Source of the DNA: Octopus vulgaris
Taxonomy: Eukaryota
Length of the DNA stretch: 64,000 bases
NCBI GenBank assembly: GCA_951406725.2
Contig: OX597821.1
Span: 69,874,001 to 69,938,000 of the forward strand
Reading direction: 5' to 3'
The notes under the pieces are model-generated. The model ran no database searches. It was not told where the DNA came from and saw only the letters and a program-made list of their open reading frames with translations. A program made the position numbers and the translations under genes. This document shows positions 53,594-64,000 of the stretch, piece by piece. Position 1 is the stretch's first letter. Every line of letters begins with the position of its first letter.

Positions 53594-55600
53594 TTAAATC
53601 CTCATATTAGCTGGGAAATTTTCGCGGATTGTTTTATAAACGTCTACGGATGTTTTAACTAATAACCGGTCGTTTGGGATTTTGAGAATGAAATCATGAA
53701 ATTCCTTTTCTTCTGTCACAATTTTGCTTTTATTTTGATTCACAAAATCCATCAATTCATTGTTGTATTTGTTCACACCAATAAAATTGATGGATACATT
53801 TCGCCTGCAGTTGGAAGCATTTTCCTGTTTTTGCAGTTTCATTATTGATTCTTTCTGAGTTTGTGTTTTCATGTTGTTGCTGTTTGCTGTTTTCGTAGCA
53901 GTTATTTCTGTTGTTGTCGATGTTGTTGTTGTTGTAAATCGGGCTGCAGTCGTGGTCTTTGAGTATCTTTTTGCTGAGTTCTTGGAGGAGTGCTATGAAC
54001 CCTCCTCGTCTTTCGTCTTAACCCTTTTGTCACAGTGATCCATTGTTCGGTCTGCTCTTGTTTCTTCATGTCATTGCCACTGTTGCTGGTTTGGTGGGGT
54101 AGGGCATTCAGGAGAAGTTTGTTTTTCGTTGTCTTAATTTGGGTGTGGATGTGGGTGGAATCCTGAGCACGTTCATATGACTTTGTGTTTGTTGTGTTAG
54201 TAGCAATGGGAGTTTTGTTTTCCTTCCTTGAGGGCAAAAAGCATTCAACTGTGTCACAGATCCACATAAATTGGCAATCTTGGCTTGCTAATTCCCCCAC
54301 TAACACTGACAGGTATGTTCCACCCGTGAAATATATTAGGTCAGGTAGCTCATCGATATAGGTTTGCTTACATTGTAAGGTCAGTTCCATACCTACAACC
54401 GACCTGTTTTGTTGAGGTATTTTTTTTACCTCCAAGATAGTCACCTTCTCTAACTCTATACCTGTCAAGATGGCCATCACTGACCAGATGATGGATATTT
54501 CTAGCGGTGCGTTCATTTCCCTAACTTTAGCAAGGTGTTAGCTGCGGTAGGTGGGGATTAAGAAGTTTTTATTCCTCAAAATCGTTCCGGAATGATACCT
54601 GGCTTCTTCTTCAGCTCCAAATGTTACTTCAATTGTCTCAATTTTTTAATTTTTTAATTTGGCTCCCAGAAGCATTTCCCACCCGGAGCGAGTTTACCCG
54701 GTATGTAACCGTACATCTCAAGATATTTTCAGTGACGTCGGTTGGAGGGTTTGGGGCTATTCTTTTTACATTTCTTTTAACAATTTTTTTGGCCAATTTC
54801 AATTCTTCTTCTTGACGGAAATCTTCCAGATTTCTTGTAGTATTCGCAGATGAAATCCCCATTCCAGCTTCCCTTGCTAATCTGGCGACTGCAGCGGAGG
54901 TGGCTGTGGCGGCGGTGAGGGTGATGTTCGCATTTCTTTTAAAACTTTATCTTTCCTTCTTTATCTCTCTCTATATAAAGCTGAAGTTGTCTGTATGTGT
55001 GACAGGTTTGGTAGCCTTCAACTAACACTATCTCCTCCGAGACCCTGCGGCACAAGTTGACCAAAATTGAGAGTATGATAGAAAAAGGCTTGTTCTTCCT
55101 TCCGTAGAAGGATAAATTCAAATCGGACCATGTTAACACCAAAAATTATTTACATCAAAAAGGTGCTTTTTTTTTCTATGAAGATCCCTATTTTTTACGA
55201 TTTTTTTTACTGCTGTGTCGCCATTTTTCGGTGTATTTCAACCAGAAAAATGTTCACTTAAAGAGAATAACAAGCTACATAATGCAAAATTTATACTTTT
55301 CAAAAATTCCAATTCTAAAGGGTCGAAACAAACCCGTGCAACACTGGGCGATACTTCTAGTTATTGATAACTTTCTGTTATCTTTCAGGTCTTTATTATT
55401 GGTGTTGTCGTCGTCTTCGAATGTTTTGTTGTTCAATGACTGCTTTACAGTTTTGACGCTGCTTAGAGACGGAAATGTATTCGTTGGTAACGTCGTCATT
55501 TAGTGCTGTCAGTGCTCCTCCAGTGTTCTCTTTTTTTTTTCTCCGACAAAGAACGCGTCCCGTCATCGAACATTATGATGGCTTCTTTATCAGCCATGCT
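53594..55600 (-). pseudogene. Fragmented ORF, probable L1/Tx1-like LINE ORF1 remnant, split by a Helitron
   Basis: Chain of minus-strand ORFs 55275-55499, 54638-54862, 53902-54516 and 53594-53872 on an A/C-rich strand; no introns; family assignment is from recalled resemblance only. Confidence 0.5.
54964..55360 (+). mobile_element. Non-autonomous Helitron
   Basis: A|TCTCTCTCTATATAAAG ... cccgtgcaacactggg..CTAG|T. Confidence 0.87.
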
Positions 55601-55851
55601 TCAATACATGTTTCTGTTAGTTGGAGAAAGTCAAAAAAATATTGATGTGCACCCCTTGCAAAACAGTGGGTATTTCTGAACAACAATACTAAAAGCGCAG
55701 TCCAGATAATGCCAGAAACAAGGTGGTGACAATAAAAATAAAAGAATGGGGCCTTAGAAGGCCGAAAAGATTATAAACACTGTTATAACTTACGGAGCTT
55801 CAAGTTACCGTGTCTCCCAGTATGGTGGCCATAATGATAATAATAATAATA

Positions 55852-56060
55852 ATTCTTTTATTGGCCACAAGGGCTAATATAAAGATGCATTAAAGGACAG
55901 AACAGGACGATACAAAGGGCTTTAGAATGTGTAAATAAAATAGCAAGGAAAAAATAAAACCCCCAATAGGGGGAGGCGCTTTAAGACTACTCGTGGAAAA
56001 CCCCATAAAAGCCACGGGTGCCTGATCAACAGGGCAAGAGCCCTTCTTTTATTCTTTTTA
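55852..56060 (-). mobile_element. Retroelement 3' end (LINE 3'UTR-like)
   Basis: Minus strand ends agcccttgtggccaataaaagaa followed by (TTA)n; resembles SINE A tail type 2. Confidence 0.5.
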
Positions 56061-56139
56061 CAAGTGTATTCTCAGAATTGGTCCATTCATACTGGCCATT
56101 TTCCCAACATTCACCCACCTTTCACTAAATTTGTTAGAA

Positions 56140-56652
56140 GACAAAACTACCACTCTCACTTTCCTTTTCAAACGATCCTTGCTAATCGACCAGACATAGT
56201 CATTAAAGACAGGAAAGAACATACTTGTAAGCTAAGAGATGTAAGCGTTTCCACTTATGAAAATATATCTGTAAAGAATTTAACAAAGTAAGTAAATATA
56301 ACGACCTGGAAATTGAAATACAAAAGATGTGGTATCTTAAAGCGAGAACTGTTCCTGTTACTGTAGGTGCCCTAGGTACGATAAGAAAAGGATGTCAGAA
56401 ACAGCTAGATAACATCCCAGGAGAACCATGTCTCAGAGAAAACCAAAAGATTGTGCTGACAAGTTTTGCCCAGATCCTTAGAAAAAGCCTATCAATTTAA
56501 AGGTCTGTGTTGTATTACACGAATACATTTCGCTACAGCCCCTGCCACTTCCCCTCCCCAAGCTTTCGGTCATACTGTAACATCTCTTATCTTTCACTCG
56601 CTCTAGAGCGCTGGGTGTGTCTCGGCAAGTGATTATAACAAACATTCAAATT
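56140..56652 (+). mobile_element. Dong/R4 LINE 3' fragment
   Basis: NRPDIVIKD..DVSV..SKYNDLEIEIQKMW..VPVTVGALG..QKIVL; long (AAT)n tail. Confidence 0.9.
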
Positions 56653-56659
56653 AATAATA

Positions 56660-56729
<70 letters not shown>

Positions 56730-56735
56730 TATGTA

Positions 56736-57145
56736 GCGCAGGAGTGGCTGTGTGGTAAGTAGCTTGTTTACCAGCCACATGGTTCCGGGTTCAGTCCCAC
56801 TGCGTGGCACCTTGGGTAAGTGTCTTCTACTATAGCCTCGGGCCGACCAAAGCCTTGTGAGTGGATTTGGTAGACGGAAACTGAAAGAAGCCCGTCGTAT
56901 ATATGAATATATATGTGTGTTTGTGTGTTTGTGTGTCTGTGTTTGTTCCCCTAGCATTGCTTGACAACCGATGCTGGTGTGTTTATGTCCCCGTTACTTA
57001 GCGGTTCGGCAAAAGAGACCGATAGAATAAGTACTGGGCTTACAAAAGAATAAGTCCCGTGGTCGAGTTGCTCGATTAAAGGTGGTGCTCCAGCATGGTC
57101 GCAGTCAAATGACTGAAACAAGTAAAAGAGTAAAAGAGTAAAGAG
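56736..57145 (+). mobile_element. Full-length tRNA-derived CORE-type SINE family C
   Basis: A box tggctgtgtgg, B box gggttcagtccc, CORE-like gcaccttgggtaagtg; tail (gtaaaaga)n. Confidence 0.92.
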
Positions 57146-57830
57146 TATGTATATACATATATATATATATATATACATACGTACATACATATACACTTAC
57201 ATACATACATATATATATATATGTGTGTGTGTGTGTGCGTAAATATAAACATGTATATGTGTGTGCATTTTGTATGTGTGTGTGTTGTTTCACTATTTTA
57301 ACAGTAGCCATACTGAAGCAGGTACACGCACACATAATTTATGTGTGAATTTACTTGCGCATGTACGAGCGCATCTGTAGTTACTAATATAAGTGTGTGT
57401 GCGTGTATGAGTGTATACATGTGGTTCATTGTTGTGCGTTCTACAAATCTCAATTTGTTTTAATGATATTACTTATACTTGAGCAAACGTCGACACTTCA
57501 CAGTTAAAGTAAACCTAAAAAAACCGTTACATATTTTTCAAGCGGAGGCTTTTCTCTTTTTTGAGTTGCTAGTCCAGCTTCTTTGCCCTGCGGCGGCTCG
57601 GTCCGTATGTGCCCCTTACAGCGTAGTGGCTAACGACCACAGTGGGGCGTTAATATTATCCGACGTTTGTTGTGTGCATCCTGCTGTGTGATCGACTTGT
57701 TAGAAGAGAGATGCAAGCCTCAAACCGATCATCACAAACAGTGGTGGTGGTAGTGGTGGTGTGGGTGAAGGGTACATGCGTATGTGGTTGCGTGTATATA
57801 TTTGTGTGTGTGTGAACGCATAGATACACA

Positions 57831-57867
<37 letters not shown>

Positions 57868-58028
57868 GTCTGGTGACGCTTCATGCACATATATGTGTAT
57901 ATGTGTATATATTTAGGTATTAGTCAGCAGATATGACTGTGTATGTACTTCGAATGTAAGTACGCACGTACATATGTACGTTCTTATTCATTCTTTCAAT
58001 ATTTCTTACCCCCCCCCCCCCCAAAAAA

Positions 58029-58248
58029 AAAGGCGGTGAGCTGGCAGAAGCATCAACACACCGGGCGAAATGCTTAGCAGTATTTCGTCTGTCTTTACGT
58101 TCTGAGTTCAAATTCCGCCGAGGTCGACTTTGCCTTTTATTCCTTCGGGGTCAATAAATTAAGTACCAGTTGCGTACTGGAGTCGATCTAATCTACTAAC
58201 CCCTTCCCCCATAATTTCGGGCATTCTGCCTAGAGTAGAAAAGAATAT
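58029..58248 (+). mobile_element. SINE family A, tail type 1
   Basis: Full head, core and tail gcctagagtagaaaagaatatt. Confidence 0.92.
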
Positions 58249-58865
58249 TTCTTACCAAAAGAAAAAGATTCGGTTTCTAACCTAGATCCAAGGCTCCTTG
58301 CTCGGTTTGTATTTACGAGAGGGAATCTGGTTGTGGGTTTGCGAGCGTCTGCAACATATGTTGACTATTCTGGTTGAAAATACGATTGTCCCCACTGCTG
58401 CTGCGCTTTCCCCTTGTCCCGTTCTTGTGTTTGTTGTTGCTGCTGTTGTTACTATTGTTGCTTTATTGATAATGATGATGATGATGATGCTGATTATGCT
58501 TGTGTTGTTACTTTTACTATTATTTATATTTTTCTTATTGTTGTTGTGCTTGTTCATCTCGTGGTTCTCATTAAACCCAAGATCAGCAGCCAACTCTGAA
58601 AATATAATCAAAGACCTTCCAGCCATGACACACCCGTATCTTATGCAAACATGTTTTATCTACTTCTAAATTATTCAATGTTTCCTTCACTGTTTTCTGT
58701 ACCTATTAAACTTGATGTATGCTCACTGGTTGGGGGCGGGGACTTGAAGACCATTTCTTGTAAGACGCGGGATCATGTACAGGCTCATATTATGGCTGTT
58801 GCGATATTGCCTTCTTCTTCTTCTTCTCTTTCATCATCATCATCATCACCATTATTATTATTATT

Positions 58866-59265
58866 TAAGGTGTCGAGCTGGCAGAATCGTTAGCACGCCG
58901 GGCGAAGTGCTTACGGGTATTTCGTCTGCCGTTACGTTCTGAGTTCAAATTCCGCCGAGGTCGACTTTGCCTTTCATCCTTTCGGGGTCGATTAAATAAG
59001 TACCAGTTACGCACTGGGGTCGATATAATCGACTTAATCCGTTTGTCCTTGTTCGTCCTCTCAGCGTTTAGCCCCTTGTGGGTAGTAAAGAAATAGGTAT
59101 TTCGTGTGCCGCTACGTTCTGAGTTCAAATTCCGTCAAGGTCGACTTTACCTTTCATCCTTTCGGGATCGATAAAATAAGTACCAGTTGTGTAGTGGGAT
59201 CGATGTAATTGACTCGTCTCTTCCCACCAAATTTCAAGTCTAGTGCCTTTAGCAGAAATAAGTAT
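58866..59265 (+). mobile_element. SINE family A composite (tail-2 copy followed by a headless tail-1 copy)
   Basis: Body repeated from ggtatttcg at about 58916 and 59096. Confidence 0.9.
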
Positions 59266-59699
59266 TATTATTATTATTAGTAGTAGTAGTAGCGGTGTTA
59301 GTATTGCTCCTTCTGTTATGTTACTTTCCTAGTTTTTATATTGCTTCGGTTTCATGATCAAACCCCGCAAGTTATTACTTCGCTGTTCATCATTGTATGT
59401 GTGATTTATTTTTTCTGTGGGGAGGGGTTAATAAAAATAAGGCCTTACAACTCCTGTGTTGTTGCTGTGTCAATCTAGGAAATAGTTATTGATGTTCTTA
59501 TTAAACAGAAGGTGAACTGGAATTGGAAGCGACATTATAGCATCGGATAGAATCCGATTCTTTGTGCTCCGATTTCAGATCCAACCGAAGTCTATATTGT
59601 CTTTCTTGATTCTCACTCAATAAGTACAGCTGACCGTCACGCGCAAGCGAGTATGGCTCAGTAATATAAACCAAAGTTTGGTTTAATTAAGTTCTTATA

Positions 59700-59996
59700 T
59701 GTCTGCGAGTAGATTTAGAAGCTTTCACCCTTCCCTCATACCCCAGTTTCGTCCAAGGGGTGGCAAGTGAGGTACGAGCGTATGTGAGAGAGAGAGAGAG
59801 TGTGGTGAGAGGAGAGTGGGGAGGGAGAGAGGATATGATGCTAACACTCAGAGAGAACTCTTGTATGGTTGTGTAGACTGGATCAAAGTAAAGTGAAATA
59901 CTTTGCTAAAGAATACAATGCACCGAGCGGTCCAAAGATGGAATTGAACCCACAATCATATGGTCATGAAGCGAATAGCTTCACCACAAGGCCACA
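59700..59996 (-). mobile_element. Old tRNA-derived SINE remnant
   Basis: Minus strand gtggccttgtggtgaag ... gggttcaattcc ... ttctttagcaaag. Confidence 0.55.
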
Positions 59997-61010
59997 ACCT
60001 TTCTATGGGGTTGATGCATAAGCACTATTTCAATTTGGTGGGTTAGCAAAATGAGATGTTTTTTGCTGTATTTGTGCCAGCGTCCTTAGCTGCAATTTCA
60101 TCTCTTGTGACTGGTTTAATCTTGACGGGAAACAAAGATTCTCGGGCCATGGGCCGCAAAAAACATTTCGATTGCATCATTATGCGTAAATGTAGACTCG
60201 GTACCGAAGTGAGATAAACACCAAGACAGACAAAAATTGTCGTTGCCAGAGACAGTAAGACATGGTCCATTTACCTCTCCCCTCTACAACTCTCTTGCTG
60301 TGTTTAAGCCCGCTTATTAACCTTTACTTTCATCCCTTCCAACCGTGAGCCTCCTCCCTTTGAGGGGCCCCTCTCTCTACATCTCGAGTCTGGAGCACTA
60401 GGGGCTTTGAGCTCTGGTATTCCTCCAGGCTCTACTCTGGTTGAACTTTGCTAAGGTCAATCGCATACGTTGTTAATGCTGTTGTTGTTGTTTAAGCCCC
60501 ATCAAAGCGTTCCAGTCATGATCATCCCGTTTTATTATATATCAAAGATACCGTTGATCAGTGTGTCTTGATTTGAGAGAGTAGAATGTGATTAACAGTT
60601 ATTTGTACTTGCTCCAGCGAATATGTAGGGTCAGCCTTGTTAGTTTGGTGTTGTTGGTGATGCAGATAGTGATGGTGGTGGTGGCGACAGCAGTGGCAGT
60701 CGTGGTGATGTTGGTGGTGGTTCTAATGAAGGCAGGGGCAGTAGTGGTGAAGATGGTGTGGTGGTGGTCTTCTACATTTTTTTATCATGATCTTTGTCGC
60801 CACCAACATCATCACCACCACCAACAACGCTCCTCCCCATTATCATCAAAATTATCCTCCCCCTCCTCATCTTCTTCTTCTGCTACTGCCACTGCTACTG
60901 CCGCTACTTTTCCTTCATGTGGTTGATGTAGCTGCTGAGTTTACTTTTGATGATCTCATAACTATTACTCCTGTCCATTGTTGTTGTTAATAGCAGCAGC
61001 AGTAGCAGTA

Positions 61011-61080
<70 letters not shown>

Positions 61081-61532
61081 TGCCGTTGTTGCTGTTGTTT
61101 TTGTTGTTAAGGCCTGGTGAGGTGCTGTACTGAATGTGAGCGTAAATTTCTGCTTCATTAAACCAACTGTGAAATGCTGACCGCCAAACCACAGATCTTC
61201 CCCATCGCCTCCATCCCTATTCTCCGATTTGTTATTTCTTCAACACAAAAACTGTTTATGCTGCAGCTTGGGCTCTCATTCACACCACACTCAACATGAA
61301 CTCCTCTTTTATTCTTTTCTTTCGCTTCCTTTCACCTTTTTTTTTTACATTCAACTAATTTGCTTCTTTTTCTGCGCACTTTCTTCTCTCCGGCTCTCTT
61401 TTATTAAACACTTCACACACGCACGCACACACACGCATGCATGCACGCACACACACAAACTCAAGCTTATACTCACACATACACATGCGCACATACACAT
61501 GCACACACTCACACCCATATATATATATATCA

Positions 61533-61588
<56 letters not shown>

Positions 61589-62149
61589 ATATATATCCGA
61601 AAAGATGTGTGTACACAAAAGAATAAAAGCATAAAATAATATACATACGTGTATATAATACACGGACGCACAGATATACATACACACACACACATAGACA
61701 TATATACGCACACATGCATACTTGTGCATCATAAATCTCTTGTTAGATTTTCATTGACATATCAGCTACAATGAATGAATGAATATTTTATTAAAAAAAA
61801 TATATATACAGTTACAAAATTAACAAAGGAACAACGAAAATAGTTAAATCTCTTTATTTAAACGAAATACAATAACCTCAATAGACACGCTTGTTTGTTT
61901 GGGTTTTGGTGGGGTGGGGACTGTTTGTTTTTTTTTTCTCTATTTGTTGGGAAGATCTTGTTTAAAAACCATGTTTTCAAGCTTCTCCATTTATCTAATT
62001 TCTTTCAGCCATGTTTTTTCTTAAATAATCTACATACAGTATCTATGTAAGGAATGTTTTGCGCTTCATTTAGTTATTCATCCTGAAAACCAATAATAAT
62101 AATAATAATAATAATAATGATAATAATAATAGTAGTAGTAGTAGTAATA

Positions 62150-62975
62150 GAAGACTCACGTAAGAAGAGATTATACAATGAATTCCATGTAGCCACTACA
62201 GAAGTTGCTGGGAAAACTAAGTGGGACTGGCTAATGAAAGGAAGCCTAAAAAAAGAGACCGAGAGCAGTATAATGGCAGCGCAGAACCATGCTCTGGCGA
62301 AGAACTGGAAGATGAACCTGAGGAATGAACAAGTGTCTCCGCTGTGTCGCATCTGCAATAGAATGAAACCATGTCTATATTACGAATGAATGCCCTAGAC
62401 TCGCCCAGAACCACTACAAGTTGTGGTGACTCGATCAGGTAGCGAAAGTGCAGCATTGAAGACTATGCGAAAGGTGGTGGGTAGAGAGAGGCAAGTCGTG
62501 GTATGAGCACAGACCGCAGAGAGTGGCAGAGTCGGAGAGTAGCAAAATCCTCTAGGATTTCCCAATCCAAACTGATCAGGTGCTAGAACATAACAGACCG
62601 GACCTAGTGGTGGTGGTGGTGGACAAGGTGCACCACAAATGCCACTTTGATCCACGAATAGTCAAGACGGAAGGCGAAAAGATAGATACAACCCTGTAAG
62701 GTACGAAATAGCCCAGTTATGGAAAATGAAGGTGAATTATTGTTGGGTCCTTGGGAACAGTATTAGAAGGCATCAAGGGGAATATAAAGGGAATTGGAAT
62801 AGAATGACCAGTAGAACTGTTACAAAAGTTTTGCCCCCTTGGCACAGCCAGAATAATGGCAAAAGTATTAGATAGCTGAAAAGACTGGATAGCACAGTAC
62901 CGTGGGTTGCAGGTAGTAAGCCCTGTACGCAAACGAGACCCTTGGATCTCCAACAAAACTTGTGATAAAGAGAAA
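62150..62975 (+). mobile_element. Dong/R4 LINE 3' fragment (same subfamily as 41292-42036)
   Basis: KWDWLMKGSLKKETESSIMAAQ..CRICN; same UTR end ctccaacaaaac.tgtgataaagagaaa(taa)n. Confidence 0.9.
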
Positions 62976-63003
62976 TAATAATAATAATAATGTTGATGAT
63001 GAT

Positions 63004-63381
63004 AATACCACAGATTTGCTTGTCAGTTGTTTGACTTTAACCAGTTGAACATGTCCCTTAATGGCTGACGATAAGTGCATCTCTGATCATGGGCAGAAGT
63101 ATTGAGGGAACATCATAGCCATGTGTTGAGAGAAATTCTTTGAGGCTTGAATAATTCACCATTGGAAACACGGGTATTTTGTTCATCAACCTTAACCATT
63201 ATTCAGGGACCTTCTGAGCGAGATGGGCTACTCAACCTGAAGAAAATTCTATGACGCACACATATGGTTGTGATGCATGTGCCTGGTGTACTCTTATCAG
63301 ACGGGTAGACATGACGTGTATACTGGGTTTTGTTTATATTACCATAATGTCACTTTGATAGCATGCACTGCTCTCTCACTC
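63004..63381 (+). mobile_element. Non-coding (TAA)n-tailed retroposon, copy 3 (5'-truncated, internal deletion)
   Basis: Reverse complement of 38888-39322; followed by a long (AAT)n. Confidence 0.82.
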
Positions 63382-63453
<72 letters not shown>

Positions 63454-63567
63454 TATTATTATTATTATTATAATTATAATAATAATATGGATATGAATAT
63501 TAATAAACAACAGATTAATGAATAATGATTATGTTGTAATAAGCGCCCTGCATGTTTTCATAGAAAC

Positions 63568-63661
63568 TAGACGAGTAATATTTAAATTAAAAGATCGTTC
63601 ATCATCGTCAAACGATGATGATTATGATGAATGATCTTTTAATTTACATAATACTCGTCTA
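63568..63661. repeat. 94 bp hairpin/inverted repeat
   Basis: tagacgagtaatatttaaattaaaagatcgttcatcat / atgatgaatgatcttttaatttacataatactcgtcta. Confidence 0.85.
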
Positions 63662-63892
63662 TCGATTATTTTTTAAATGAATTAAATATATCATATTCTA
63701 AGTACCCATACGCTAACACGGACACGCATATTGCGCCTTAATGTAGCAACGTTATTGCTACGAACTGTTACCTGAAGCCAGGGATCAAACAAATGCTCCG
63801 GTATCTTGGACCAAGGCATTTGTTGTACATTATGCTATTACAAAGTTCATTGTCCTCGCTGGAAATATATTCATATGCATGACATCAATATA

Positions 63893-64000
63893 TATTTCTT
63901 TACTACCCACAAGGGGCTAAACACACAGGGGATAAACAAGGACAGACAAACGGATTAAGTCGATTGCATCGACCCCAATGCGTAACTGGTACTTAATTTA
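63893..64000 (-). mobile_element. SINE family A tail type 2, cut by the window end
   Basis: tttctttactacccacaaggggctaaac matches 27390. Confidence 0.9.

Noticed and set aside
60043-60270. 75 aa ORF with a hydrophobic N-terminus
   Set aside because: Short, with no recognisable domain or supporting gene structure

Overview
AT-rich, microsatellite-dense eukaryotic intergenic or intronic DNA with no intact host protein-coding gene that I can support. The SINE families and the (TA)n/(TG)n/(TAA)n load resemble a coleoid cephalopod (Octopus-like) genome; that assignment is inference from recalled repeat families, not a database result. Almost all ORF-track entries are microsatellite translation artefacts. 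The interpretable content is transposable elements: a frameshifted Penelope-like element (RT + GIY-YIG, 11567-13435), a decayed CR1-like RT, about ten Dong/R4-clade LINE pieces (REL endonuclease) mostly in (TAA)n tracts including a dense pile-up at 36.5-43.2 kb, an L1/Tx1-like ORF1 remnant, mariner and DD37D-like remnants, MITEs, five non-autonomous Helitrons and four tRNA-derived SINE families. Most interesting: (1) a set of minimal type-I hammerhead ribozyme motifs, three sharing a compensated U3:A8 core despite unrelated stems; (2) a non-coding (TAA)n-associated retroposon co-occurring with Dong; (3) a SINE subfamily that shares its tail with a LINE-like 3' end and twice sits at the same site inside older copies of itself. 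Many boundaries are approximate.
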